A stretch of DNA of 64,000 nucleotides from contig JBDRZU010000001.1 of the NCBI GenBank assembly GCA_039804105.1, positions 1,295,985 to 1,359,984 of the forward strand, written 5' to 3'. The position numbers were made by a program, and so were the translations under genes. Below, in pieces: positions 18,053-32,226 of this stretch. Within the stretch, counting starts at the first letter, position 1. Each line of letters starts with the position of its first letter. A model generated the notes under the pieces. It was not told where the DNA came from. It did no database searches and was given only the letters and a program-made list of their open reading frames with translations. The DNA comes from a candidate division WOR-3 bacterium (GTDB taxonomy: Bacteria > Hydrothermota > 32-111).

Positions 18053-21000
18053 AAGATTTTGTTCATCTACATCTTCACACCGAATACTCTTTACTCGATG
18101 GAGCAATAAACCTTGATAAACTTATAAAAAGGGCTCTTGAACTCGATTATTCTTCACTTGCGATAACCGATCATGGGAACCTTTTTGGGATAATCGAGTT
18201 TTACGATAAATGTGTAAAAAATGGTATCAAACCGATTATAGGTCAGGAATTTTACATTGTAAAAGATCTTGAAAAGGATAAAAGTGAAAATATTAAGGAT
18301 GATGATAAAAATTTTCATCTTTTAATTCTTGCTGAAAATGATGCTGGTTATAAAAATCTTATAAAACTTTCTTCTGAGGCATATATAAAAGGTTTCAGAT
18401 ATAAACCAAGGATAGATTACAACCTTCTCAAAAAACATTCAAAAGGACTGATTGGACTTTCAGCATGTCGAAAAGGAGAAGTACAACATTATATTCTTGA
18501 AAACAGATTTGAAGATGCTTTAGATGCAGCAAAAAGATATATTGATTTTTTTGGAAAAGATAATTTCTTCCTTGAACTTATGAGAGTTGGTATGGTTGAT
18601 GATCAACTCATAATTGAAAAACAGTTAGAGATTTCTGAAAAACTTGGAATCGGTTATGTTGCAACAAATGATGTTCATTATCTTAACGAAGAGGATTATG
18701 AGATACATGATGTTCTTTTGTGTCTTCAGACGGGAACAGTGTTGAGTGATGAAAGAAGATTGAAATTTTCTTCGAAAGAATTTTATCTAAAATCGAAAGA
18801 ACAGATGAACACCCTGTTTAAAGATCTACCTCGTGCACTTGAAAATAGTGTAAAAATAGCTGAAAGATGTAATGTTTCAATAGATACTACCGGTAAGAAC
18901 TTCAAAATGCCAAAAATTTCAATTCCCGATGAGTTCGAAAATGAAAAAAATTATCTAGAATTTCTTGTAAATCAGGGACTTGAAAAAAAATTTAAAGGAA
19001 ATCCACCAAAAGAGGTTCTTGATCGAGTAAAGTTTGAAATGGATGTTATAGAGAGAATGAATTATTCAGGATATTTTATAATAATCTACAACCTGGTTAA
19101 AAAGGCAAGAGAAAACAATATTCCAGTTGGACCCGGTAGAGGTTCTGCAGCAGGTTCACTTGTTTTATATCTTCTTGATGTAACTAAGGTGAATCCGCTC
19201 GATTATGGTTTGTATTTTGAAAGATTTTTAAATCCTGATAGAGTTTCCATGCCTGATGTTGATATAGATATTTCAGATAAAGATAGAGACAAACTTATAA
19301 ACCTTTTGATAGAAGAATATGGGAATGAAAATGTTGCACAGATCGCTGCATTCAACAACCTTAAATCAAGACAAGTGTTTACAGATGTTGCGAGAGTTTT
19401 TGGACTTCCACCGTCAGAGGTGAAAAATATTACTAAAAAATTACCTCCAGACATTTCACTTGAGGAAGGAAAAAATGAGATAACAAACTGGAAGGAGTTA
19501 ACAGGTGGAAAAGAAGAGTATGAAAAAGTATTAAACTTGGCAATTGGACTTGAGAAGAATAAGAGACATGTATCAAAACATGCTGCAGGAATAGTTATAA
19601 CTCCTGGACCAGTAACAGATTTTGTTCCAGTATGGAAACAATCATCTGATGATAATGGTATAGTAACCCAGTTCGAAAAAAATTGTATAGAAAAAATTGG
19701 GCTTGTGAAAATAGATGTTTTAGGTCTGACAACACTTTCAGTGATCGAATTCACACTTGATCTTTTGAAAGAAAAGAATATTAGTATTGATCTTTACTCT
19801 TTACCTCTTGATGATAAAAAAACATATGAACTTTTACAGAGCGGAAAGACGATAGGAGTGTTCCAACTTGAAAGTGCAGGGATGAGGGATCTTTTGAAAA
19901 GATACAAACCGACAGAGTTTAACGATATAATCAACATCATAGCATTCTATAGACCTGGACCTCTCGGACCAGAACAGAAAGAAAGTATCATAAAAAGAAA
20001 GAATAAAAAAGAGGAAATAACCTATAAACATCCAAAACTTGAACCGATACTCAAAGAAACTTTTGGTCATCCACTATTCCAGGAACAGGTTATGCAAATG
20101 GCTAACATGCTTGGTGGGTTCACTTTTGCTGAAGCGGATACTCTGAGAAAAGCGATGGGTAAAAAAGATCCTACAATAATGGATAGGTACACAAAAAGAT
20201 TTGTTGATGGTGCAGTAAAACAGGGGATTCCTGAGGAACTCGCTTATGAAATCTTTGAAATAATGGCTAAATTTGCAGGATATGGATTCAACAAATCACA
20301 TGCAACAGTTTATGGTCTACTATCATATTTTACAGCTTATTTAAAGGCACATTATCCTGTTGAATATATGTGCTCTGTTATAAATTCATATATATCGAAT
20401 ATCAAAGATATTGTTTTTTACATCTCTGAAGTTAAAGATATGGGAATTCCGATACTCCCTCCAGATATAAACAGTTCAGATTTTTATGTGAAAGTTGAAA
20501 ACGATTCTTTAAGGTTGGGAATGGGTGTGATAAAAAATGTTGGAGAGAATGCAGTTAGAGAGATAGTAAACTCAAGAAACGAAGGAAAATTTAAAGATTT
20601 TATGGATTTTCTTTTAAGAGTTAACACAACAACTGTAAACCAGAAGGCGATAGAATCGTTGATAAAAGCAGGTGTTTTTGATTCTTTGAAGATAAGTAGA
20701 GATACACTTTTTGAAAATCTTTCACATCTTTTGAATTTAGCACAGAGTAAGAAAAAAGAGGAAGATAGTGGAATGATGAGTCTGTTTGCTTCTGCTGTTG
20801 ATCCATCTTTTGATAATGACTGGAAAAAGAAACTTGTGAATCAAAAAAAGTGGGATAAAGAAACAACCCTGATGTTTGAAAGAGAGGTTCTTGGTTTTTA
20901 TCTTTCAGGACATCCGATAGAAAAAGAAAGAGAAATATATAGATCCATCGTTTCCGCTTCGAACGAAGATGTAAAAGATATGCAGAATGATACTTTTGTT

Positions 21001-21495
21001 ACATTGATGGGTATAGTTACAGATTTCTCAAAGAAAAAGGCAAAATCTGGTGTTTACTATGCGAATTTTAAAATTTTTACACTTGAAGGATATCTTGACT
21101 GTATGATTTTTTCAAACAAACTTGAAGAATACTCAAAAATTCTTTTTGATGATCAACAGGTTATAATTGAAGGTAGAGTTTCTAAAAGTGATAAGGATAT
21201 TGAGGTTAAAATTGTTGTTGAAAAAGTTTATACTCTAAACCAGATAAAAGAAATGATCGATGGAATCGAGATAAGTTTACCATCAGATTCTTACAAGAAC
21301 GGAGAATTTGATGAACTTGAAAATGTTTTGAAAAATTTTAAAGGAGAGAAAAATTTGTATTTTAAAGTTTATGATTCTGAACAGAGTTTGATGATAAGAT
21401 CTAAAAAATATAAAATAAATCCAACAACACAACTGTTTTTGAAGATTCAAGATATTTTTGATGTTGATAGCGTTAAATATAGATTTAGGAGGTAA
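18049..21495 (+). CDS. dnaE: DNA polymerase III alpha subunit
   Basis: The 1148-aa product has a PHP domain (HLHLHTEYSLLDGA), a polymerase core (PDVDIDISDKDRDKLI) and an OB-fold C-terminus. It overlaps the upstream gene by 4 nt. Confidence 0.92.
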   Translation: MKDFVHLHLHTEYSLLDGAINLDKLIKRALELDYSSLAITDHGNLFGIIEFYDKCVKNGIKPIIGQEFYIVKDLEKDKSENIKDDDKNFHLLILAENDAGYKNLIKLSSEAYIKGFRYKPRIDYNLLKKHSKGLIGLSACRKGEVQHYILENRFEDALDAAKRYIDFFGKDNFFLELMRVGMVDDQLIIEKQLEISEKLGIGYVATNDVHYLNEEDYEIHDVLLCLQTGTVLSDERRLKFSSKEFYLKSKEQMNTLFKDLPRALENSVKIAERCNVSIDTTGKNFKMPKISIPDEFENEKNYLEFLVNQGLEKKFKGNPPKEVLDRVKFEMDVIERMNYSGYFIIIYNLVKKARENNIPVGPGRGSAAGSLVLYLLDVTKVNPLDYGLYFERFLNPDRVSMPDVDIDISDKDRDKLINLLIEEYGNENVAQIAAFNNLKSRQVFTDVARVFGLPPSEVKNITKKLPPDISLEEGKNEITNWKELTGGKEEYEKVLNLAIGLEKNKRHVSKHAAGIVITPGPVTDFVPVWKQSSDDNGIVTQFEKNCIEKIGLVKIDVLGLTTLSVIEFTLDLLKEKNISIDLYSLPLDDKKTYELLQSGKTIGVFQLESAGMRDLLKRYKPTEFNDIINIIAFYRPGPLGPEQKESIIKRKNKKEEITYKHPKLEPILKETFGHPLFQEQVMQMANMLGGFTFAEADTLRKAMGKKDPTIMDRYTKRFVDGAVKQGIPEELAYEIFEIMAKFAGYGFNKSHATVYGLLSYFTAYLKAHYPVEYMCSVINSYISNIKDIVFYISEVKDMGIPILPPDINSSDFYVKVENDSLRLGMGVIKNVGENAVREIVNSRNEGKFKDFMDFLLRVNTTTVNQKAIESLIKAGVFDSLKISRDTLFENLSHLLNLAQSKKKEEDSGMMSLFASAVDPSFDNDWKKKLVNQKKWDKETTLMFEREVLGFYLSGHPIEKEREIYRSIVSASNEDVKDMQNDTFVTLMGIVTDFSKKKAKSGVYYANFKIFTLEGYLDCMIFSNKLEEYSKILFDDQQVIIEGRVSKSDKDIEVKIVVEKVYTLNQIKEMIDGIEISLPSDSYKNGEFDELENVLKNFKGEKNLYFKVYDSEQSLMIRSKKYKINPTTQLFLKIQDIFDVDSVKYRFRR

Positions 21496-21496
21496 A

Positions 21497-24928
<3,432 letters not shown>

Positions 24929-24932
<4 letters not shown>

Positions 24933-26233
24933 AATCTATACTCGTTGGTTCAGGAAGAGTTCTATATTCAATAGTAATTTTCCTATTAACTGTTGTATGT
25001 TCGAGATTATTCTCTGTTGATTTTTATGTGAATTTCAGAGAATTTATCCTTTATTTTTTAATAGGTATCAACTTAGCGGGAATACCTGCAACAAACACAC
25101 TCTACTATTTTAGAGAAAGACACAATAAGAACATTTTTCAGATTTATATGATATCTTTCTTTTTCCTTTTGATTTTTTTCTTCATACTATTTTTAATTTC
25201 AAAATCGTTTTTGATCCCTTTATCTTTCATTGTTTCATTTTCTTCTATGTTTTTTCTTGTGTGTGAAGCGACATCACTTTCTTTGAGAACCCCTTTAATT
25301 TCAGTTTTTTTAAATATTTTTGAATCTTTATCATTTTTTATTCCCATTTTTATAGTTTTTCTTTTCAAGGTTAATGAGTTTATGTTTTTTATTTATCTTT
25401 TGTTTCTTGGTTTTATAAAAATTGTTTTCTATCTGTTATTAACATTGCTTATGAACAAAAAGAGCAAAGAATATGATAAAAATGAAATAATAAAATTTTC
25501 CTTACCATTATATTTTAATGGGATTCTGGGAAGTATATCAAAACAGATAGATAAATTCATCGTTTCGCTATTTTATTATGGTAAAAGTTTTGCTGACTAT
25601 TCAACAGGTAGTTTTGAGATACCCCTTGTCGCAAGATTTTTTTCTGGTGTATTTCATGAAAGAGCGGACTATATAAAAGAAAAGATCGAAGAAAATAAAA
25701 ATGGGGATTTAAAAAGAGATTTTGAAAAAATTTTAATGTATTCAGTTACCATTTTAGGGGTATTAACCTTATTTTTCTTTATAAATTCTAAAATAATAAT
25801 CAGAATTTTCTTTTCGGAAAAATATGTTGAGTCCTATAAATTTTTTATGGTCTATCTCACGGTTTTACCTTTAAGGAATATTCCATTTGGTTTTTTACTT
25901 TCACTTAAAGGTAAAAATTTTTTACTCTTTTTAATCTCACTCCTCGATTCTTTTTTGACAGTATTGTTTTCTCTGGTATTTGCAAAATTTTTCAACATAT
26001 TTTTCGTTTCTTTCTCTTTTGTTATAGCAACTTTTGTTTCAGTCTTTTTGACGATTTTTTTCATCAGAGATATCTTTCCTTCAAAAGTTTTTGTTAAAAG
26101 ATATTTTTTGATAATCTTTTTGCTCTTGGTTTTGATACCACTATTAAATCAATTTAATAACATTCTTTTAACCTGTATCTTTATTTTGATCTACATGATT
26201 TTAGATATTTTGTTGTTCTGGAGAAAAAGATGA
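24929..26233 (+). CDS. polytopic membrane protein, Wzx/MOP-flippase-like (putative polysaccharide transporter)
   Basis: The 434-aa product has ~12 predicted TM helices with a flippase-like topology. The assignment rests on pattern only. Confidence 0.3.
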
Positions 26234-26991
26234 AAATCAAAATCCTTGGTTCAGGAACATCAACGGGGGTTCCAATAATAGGTTGCTCCTGTCATGTTTG
26301 TTTGTCAGAAGATATAAGGGATAAGAGAACAAGACCAGGACTGCTAATTGTTAAGGATGATTTCAATCTTCTTATAGATGCATCGCAGGATCTCAGAGAA
26401 CAGTTGCTGAAAAATAGAATCGATCGAATTGATGGTATTATCATCACACATGCACATGCTGATCATATATTTGGTCTTGATGATACAAGGATGATATCAA
26501 AAAAGTATAAGAAAAGTATGGAAATCTTTTGTACAAAAAAAGTCGAAAGAGAAATCAGAAGAGTATACGCTTATGTTTTCAACGGTTCACAGGAAGGTGG
26601 GGGAAAACCAAAATTTTCTTTTTACAATGTTGAAAATCTGAAAAATATTGGTCCATTTTCACTGAGAACTTTTGATTATTTCCATGGAAATATAAAGATG
26701 AAAGGTTTTATTCTGGATCAACTTGTTATACTTATGGATGGTTCCTATATAGATATGAAAAATTATAGGTTAATAAAAAAATATGGTAAACATATCATAA
26801 TCAATGGATTAAGAACTCGGCCCCATCCAACACACTTTTCAATCTCCGAAGCAATTTTTTTTGTAAAATCTCTTGGGTTTGAAAGTGGATTTTTAGTCCA
26901 CATATCTGATTCTCTAAAACACAAGGATATGTTAAAGATCGTTCCAGAAAATATTTTTCCAACCTATGATTGTATGGAAATCGAAATATGA
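26230..26991 (+). CDS. MBL-fold metallo-hydrolase, PhnP-like phosphodiesterase family
   Basis: The product has the HxHxDH motif (IIITHAHADHIFGL) and an N-terminal GCSCHVC Zn-ribbon-like motif, as in PhnP. Confidence 0.6.
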   Translation: MKIKILGSGTSTGVPIIGCSCHVCLSEDIRDKRTRPGLLIVKDDFNLLIDASQDLREQLLKNRIDRIDGIIITHAHADHIFGLDDTRMISKKYKKSMEIFCTKKVEREIRRVYAYVFNGSQEGGGKPKFSFYNVENLKNIGPFSLRTFDYFHGNIKMKGFILDQLVILMDGSYIDMKNYRLIKKYGKHIIINGLRTRPHPTHFSISEAIFFVKSLGFESGFLVHISDSLKHKDMLKIVPENIFPTYDCMEIEI

Positions 26992-28973
26992 AAAAGTTTA
27001 AAATAGTTTCCAAATTTTCACCTTCAGATGAGCAAAAAAAAGCGATAGACAAACTTGTTGAAGGTGTTTTGAATGGTAAAAAATATCAGGTTTTACTTGG
27101 AATAACAGGTTCTGGAAAGACATTCACAATAGCAAATGTTATTGAGAGGTTAAACAAACCAACTTTGATAATCTCACACAACAAAACACTTGCAGCACAA
27201 CTTTATGGTGAATTGAAAACTCTCTTTCCTGAAAACAGTGTTGAATATTTTATCTCTTATTATGATTATTATCAACCCGAAGCATATCTTCCCGATAGAG
27301 ATATTTATATAGAAAAAGAGGTTGATATTAATGAGTACATTGATAAATTAAGATTAAGAGCAACTGTTTCTTTATATGAAAGACGTGATGTAATAATTGT
27401 TGCATCTGTATCCTCCATATACACCCTTGGATCACCTTCAGATTACTATGATCAAATTTTTTCTATAAGAAGAGGTGATTTTTATGATCTTGATAGATTG
27501 ATAGATAAACTCATAACGATGCAATACCAGAGAAACGATATAGATTTTTCAAGAGGTAGATTCAGAGTGCTTGGAAACACGGTTGATATTTTTCCATCAC
27601 ATCTTGATATTCCAGTAAAGATAATTTTTGATGATCAAAAAATAGATGAAATATACACATTCGATAGTTTAAACAATTCAAAGATTGAAGAACTTGAGAT
27701 TTTTTCTTTCTTTCCTGCAAAACATTTTGTGACATCAGATGAAAGGATAAAAAGGGCAGTTGTTTCGATAAGAAAAGAATTGAAAGAAAGAGAAAAGGAA
27801 TTGAAAGAAGCGGGTAAAATACTTGAAGCAACAAGGTTAGTGTCAAGAACAAACTATGATCTTGAACTTTTGAAAGAGGTTGGCTATTGTCCAGGTATTG
27901 AAAATTACTCAAGACATATCGATGGAAGAAAAGAAGGAGAAAGGCCTTATACTCTTATAGATTATTTCGGAGAAGATTTTTTGACTGTTATCGATGAATC
28001 ACATGTGACGATTCCGCAGATAAGGGGGATGTATAATGGAGATAGAGCAAGAAAAATCAACCTTATAGAATACGGTTTCAGATTGAAATCCGCGCTCGAT
28101 AACAGACCTCTAAAACTTGAAGAATTTGAAAGAATAACCGGATCTATAATCTGTATGTCAGCAACACCCGATGAGTATGAGATAAACAAATCGAATGGGG
28201 TTGTTGAACTTGTTATAAGACCAACAGGGCTTGTTGATCCTGAAGTTATAATTAAAAGTTCAAAAAACCAGGTAGAGGATCTTATAGATAATATAAAAGA
28301 GGTTGTTGAAAGAAATGAGAGAGTTCTGGTAACAACATTGACAAAAAAGATGGCTGAATCACTTGCAAAATATCTTGAAGAGAAAGGTATAAGGGTAAAA
28401 TATATGCATTCTGAGATAGATTCGATTGAAAGAGTTAGTATAATAAGAGGTTTAAGGTTGAAAGATTTCGATGTACTTGTAGGAATAAATCTTTTAAGAG
28501 AGGGCCTCGATTTACCAGAGGTCTCACTTGTAGCAATACTTGATGCTGATAAAGAGGGTTTTTTAAGATCTGAAACTTCCTTGATACAAACGATAGGAAG
28601 AGCATCAAGAAATGTTAACGGTAAAGTTATACTTTATGCTGATAGATTAACAGAAAGTATGAAAAAGGCGGTTGAGATAACTAATAGGAGAAGAGAAAAG
28701 CAGATACTTTACAACAAAGAACACAATATAACTCCAAAAACGATATCAAAAGAGGTAGAGGATATACTTGTTATCACAGATATAGCGTCATCTTTTACAA
28801 AAGAAATTGAAAATCAGATTGATGAGGATTATAAACAATTATCAACTGTGGAGAAGATAGATCTTATTGAAAAACTGACTCAAAGGATGCACAAATTCGC
28901 TGCTGAACTTGAATTTGAAAAAGCAGCAAAATTAAGGGATAAAATAAAAGAGATAAAAAAAAGTATCGATTAA
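26988..28973 (+). CDS. uvrB: excinuclease ABC subunit B
   Basis: The ATG at 26988 overlaps the upstream stop in an ATGA arrangement. The product has Walker A (GITGSGKTFTIANV), helicase motifs and a C-terminal UVR domain (EFEKAAKLRDKIKEIKK). Confidence 0.92.
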   Translation: MKKFKIVSKFSPSDEQKKAIDKLVEGVLNGKKYQVLLGITGSGKTFTIANVIERLNKPTLIISHNKTLAAQLYGELKTLFPENSVEYFISYYDYYQPEAYLPDRDIYIEKEVDINEYIDKLRLRATVSLYERRDVIIVASVSSIYTLGSPSDYYDQIFSIRRGDFYDLDRLIDKLITMQYQRNDIDFSRGRFRVLGNTVDIFPSHLDIPVKIIFDDQKIDEIYTFDSLNNSKIEELEIFSFFPAKHFVTSDERIKRAVVSIRKELKEREKELKEAGKILEATRLVSRTNYDLELLKEVGYCPGIENYSRHIDGRKEGERPYTLIDYFGEDFLTVIDESHVTIPQIRGMYNGDRARKINLIEYGFRLKSALDNRPLKLEEFERITGSIICMSATPDEYEINKSNGVVELVIRPTGLVDPEVIIKSSKNQVEDLIDNIKEVVERNERVLVTTLTKKMAESLAKYLEEKGIRVKYMHSEIDSIERVSIIRGLRLKDFDVLVGINLLREGLDLPEVSLVAILDADKEGFLRSETSLIQTIGRASRNVNGKVILYADRLTESMKKAVEITNRRREKQILYNKEHNITPKTISKEVEDILVITDIASSFTKEIENQIDEDYKQLSTVEKIDLIEKLTQRMHKFAAELEFEKAAKLRDKIKEIKKSID

Positions 28974-29980
28974 CGATCTTTGTTTGTTATAAAATTCAGA
29001 AATCTAATAACTCCACTTACGAGAATATTGTCAACACTTTCTCCGACACAAGGGAAAAAGCACCTATCACATTTTGAAAGTTTTTTTATATTGTATTCGT
29101 AAATGTTTTTATCTTTCAATTCTGTAAATCCATCAGAAAAAATATTTCCGTAACTTTTCATATCTTCAATAAAGCGAGGTTCACAGGGGTTTATCGTTCC
29201 ATCGTTTTCTATCTGAATTGAAATTTTTGCTTTATTACAGATATAAGGTGAATTATCTCTCATGATTTTCAATGCTTTTATAGAATTGTTAACAGGATAA
29301 CCTGTTTTCTTATAGAATATTATTCTATTAAAAACCTCATACCTTTCTTTTTTATCAAGTATTATATTTTCGTTGTAATCCGAAAATATATTTGAGGGAA
29401 AAAATTCTACAACTATTCCATACTTTTTTGCAAACCGTAACACATCTAAAGTATCATCCTTATTGATTCTGTTAATATGTGACCAGATTTTTAATCTTAC
29501 ATTTTTTTGATTTTTGAAAAGTTCAATTCCTTCGACAATTTTTTCAAAAAGTTTTGGAGTTCTTCTTGTTTTGTTATGTTTTTCTCCAGTTGATTCTAAA
29601 GAAATTATTATTATATCAATGTTGTCTTTAATATCATCATATCTTTCTTTTAAAAGATATCCTGAGGTGCACATGCTTGTTTTGTATCCAATATTTTTTG
29701 CGGTTTTGAGAAAATAACCGAGGTCTTTTACAAGTAAAGGTTCTCCACCCCATAAAACATAGGTTGAAAATCCCATTTCCCAACCATTTTTCAAAATCTC
29801 ACTTATTTTTTCTTTAGAAATAATAATTTCTTTCGGATCAGAATTTTTCCAGAAATCACAGAATTCGCATCTGCAATTGCAGGATAATGTTGGTTTATGA
29901 TAAAGAATAAAAGGTCTTTTCTTTATGATAGAACTTATCGTTTTTATATAATATTTTATTCCTATATTTTGATCAAACAT
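28970..29980 (-). CDS. radical SAM enzyme with C-terminal SPASM/twitch-like Cys-rich domain (unknown substrate)
   Basis: The 336-aa product has CNCRCEFC (CxxxCxxC) at residues ~33-40 and the SAM-binding motif GGEPLL. C-terminal extra cysteines are present (NPCEP ... CDRCFFPC). It converges on uvrB with a 4-nt overlap. Confidence 0.6.
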   Translation of the reverse strand: MFDQNIGIKYYIKTISSIIKKRPFILYHKPTLSCNCRCEFCDFWKNSDPKEIIISKEKISEILKNGWEMGFSTYVLWGGEPLLVKDLGYFLKTAKNIGYKTSMCTSGYLLKERYDDIKDNIDIIIISLESTGEKHNKTRRTPKLFEKIVEGIELFKNQKNVRLKIWSHINRINKDDTLDVLRFAKKYGIVVEFFPSNIFSDYNENIILDKKERYEVFNRIIFYKKTGYPVNNSIKALKIMRDNSPYICNKAKISIQIENDGTINPCEPRFIEDMKSYGNIFSDGFTELKDKNIYEYNIKKLSKCDRCFFPCVGESVDNILVSGVIRFLNFITNKDR

Positions 29981-30060
29981 ATATTGATTATATTTGTTTG
30001 AAGAAAGTTTATCAATAGTTGAACACTTGATTTTTGTTAAGGCAGGTTTATTATAAAATT

Positions 30061-32226
30061 ATGAAAACAAAAATTTTATTTTTTATTATTCTTGTTATCT
30101 TTATAAAGTCTTTTGCGGAAATAAGGATTCTTGTTGATAAGAACGATTTTGATCTTCTGAAAAAAGATTTGAAATCTATCGATATAATAGGATTTGAAAA
30201 GGATAAAAATTATCTTCTTAATCTTACAGATGAAGATTTAAAAATAGTTAACAGTTTGAATTTAAAGTATAAAATCTATGAACCTAAAAGTTACAAAATC
30301 GATTATAAAAGTTTAGCAGGATATTTTTCCTATATAGATTCTTTAGTTTTAAAATTCCAAAACATAGTAAAACTTGAAACTCTTGGTTTCACTTTCAACA
30401 ACAATCCTCTTGTGATCTTAAAAATCAATGGAATAGATGCTTCCAACTACTCAGGACAGAACACTTTTCTGTTGATGGCTTTACATCATGCAAGAGAATG
30501 GCAAACAACAGTTACAGCAATATTTTTTGCAGAATCTTTACTTGCTTCTTATGGAAAGGATAGTTTGATAACGGAACTTATAGATAAAAATTTTATAATA
30601 ATATTTCCTATAGTTAACCCCGATGGATACTATTATTCACACGATGATCCTTCAGGTGATAATTACTGGAGAAAGAACAGAACATATAGAAATGGTTATT
30701 ATGGAGTTGATCTGAATAGAAACTATGGGGGAGCATGTAATCGAATAATTCAGAGTGATTGGGGTTATCCATCAGGTATAACACATAACCCTTCTGATCT
30801 TTATACATACTGTGGACCCTATCCATCGAGTGAAATTGAGGTCAGATGTGTTGAGGATATTGTAAAAAACTATAATGTGAAAATTTCTTTGTCACTTCAC
30901 TCCTATGGAGAAGATATTCTTTATCCATGGACTTCCGTTTACAACTTTACTCTCGATGAACATATAATAACAGATTTTGCTTACAGGATAGCATCCAGAA
31001 TGAAAAAAAATAGTGGAGAACCTTATGATACTTTAAGGTCTGCTGCTTTATATGCAACAACAGGTGATACTGATGATTGGATCTATGGGTTTTCAAAATT
31101 TGTTAAAGGTAAAACAACGATTCCTTTTACTGTTGAAATGGATAACACTTTTCAGCCACCCGCATCAACCCTTGATATTTTATGCAGAAATGTTTTCCCT
31201 GGTTTTTTGGAAGGATTAATTTTAACTGACAGTGTTGAGGAAAAAACCGAAGAGATACCTTTAAAACCTAAAGTCGAAATCGTTTCGGATTCCCTTTTTT
31301 GGACACTTCAAAATGGTGAATTTTCAGATTTTTATAGAGTAAAAATATATTCAGGAATGGAAAAATTAATTGATAGTTTAAACGATCCTGATCTTTATAA
31401 CTTGATAAACATAAATATCGATTCGTCAGTATACTATTCTCCAAAATACTCTTTCCATCCAAAAAATCTTAACAGCTCGTTTTCGATAATAGAGGGCAAA
31501 TATAAAAAACAATATTTCACAAACGATACATTTTATATGATGTTAAGATATGACCTTGAAAAGGATTATGATGTGCTGCTTGTAGAATATTCAACAGATG
31601 GGTTCGAGTATCACCCGATAGATACAAATTTTTACAAGTTTACTGGAACGAATCTGAACTGGAACCTTTTGAAAATTCCTTTTAAAGGGGATACAAACTA
31701 TATATTTTTAAGAATCAGAACACTCTTTGATCCATTCACTTTAAACAGTGGTGTCTGGATTGACAATATTGGTTATCTGACCTCATTTAAAAGTGATTCG
31801 ATATTTAAAGATTCTATTGTTGACACAACGATGTTGATTGAGATCCCAACAGTTGTTCAGACGCATAAGAATTTTTTTGAAGTTATTCCCCATAAAAATA
31901 ATTTCGGTTTTACAGTTTCTTCAGATTATATAGAATATTATTTTCCTCTATCTTTACCACCGATTTTTCTTGATAGTTTAAAAGTTGAGGATTACAGTAT
32001 CGAATTTGATTTTAAAGAAAAACAACTAATTTTAAAATCTCTGCTTACAAAGAGAAAAGATCTATTGTTGAAAATATACGATCTGAGTGGAAAAAGGATT
32101 TACTTTGAAAAATTTTCTTTTGAAAAAGAAAAGAAGATCGATTTAAAATTTTTGAAGAGTGGAAGATATTTCTTGCTTTTTGAAGGCAAAGACAGAAAAA
32201 AATATTCGGTTTTGATTTTAAAATGA
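30061..32226 (+). CDS. M14 family zinc carboxypeptidase with T9SS C-terminal sorting domain
   Basis: The product has a signal peptide (MKTKILFFIILVIF), the M14 Zn-binding motif HHAREWQT, and a C-terminal Por-type CTD (SGRYFLLFEGKDRKKYSVLILK). Confidence 0.65.
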   Translation: MKTKILFFIILVIFIKSFAEIRILVDKNDFDLLKKDLKSIDIIGFEKDKNYLLNLTDEDLKIVNSLNLKYKIYEPKSYKIDYKSLAGYFSYIDSLVLKFQNIVKLETLGFTFNNNPLVILKINGIDASNYSGQNTFLLMALHHAREWQTTVTAIFFAESLLASYGKDSLITELIDKNFIIIFPIVNPDGYYYSHDDPSGDNYWRKNRTYRNGYYGVDLNRNYGGACNRIIQSDWGYPSGITHNPSDLYTYCGPYPSSEIEVRCVEDIVKNYNVKISLSLHSYGEDILYPWTSVYNFTLDEHIITDFAYRIASRMKKNSGEPYDTLRSAALYATTGDTDDWIYGFSKFVKGKTTIPFTVEMDNTFQPPASTLDILCRNVFPGFLEGLILTDSVEEKTEEIPLKPKVEIVSDSLFWTLQNGEFSDFYRVKIYSGMEKLIDSLNDPDLYNLININIDSSVYYSPKYSFHPKNLNSSFSIIEGKYKKQYFTNDTFYMMLRYDLEKDYDVLLVEYSTDGFEYHPIDTNFYKFTGTNLNWNLLKIPFKGDTNYIFLRIRTLFDPFTLNSGVWIDNIGYLTSFKSDSIFKDSIVDTTMLIEIPTVVQTHKNFFEVIPHKNNFGFTVSSDYIEYYFPLSLPPIFLDSLKVEDYSIEFDFKEKQLILKSLLTKRKDLLLKIYDLSGKRIYFEKFSFEKEKKIDLKFLKSGRYFLLFEGKDRKKYSVLILK

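Noticed and set aside
19203-19754. Antisense ORFs inside well-supported genes (e.g. 176-358, 938-1126, 19203-19754, 54366-55013, 59983-60324)
   Set aside because: Their translations are low-complexity Ser/Phe/Ile-rich, as expected from reverse frames of Lys/Glu-rich AT-rich coding sequence. They show no RBS, no recognisable domains, and fully overlap strong genes.
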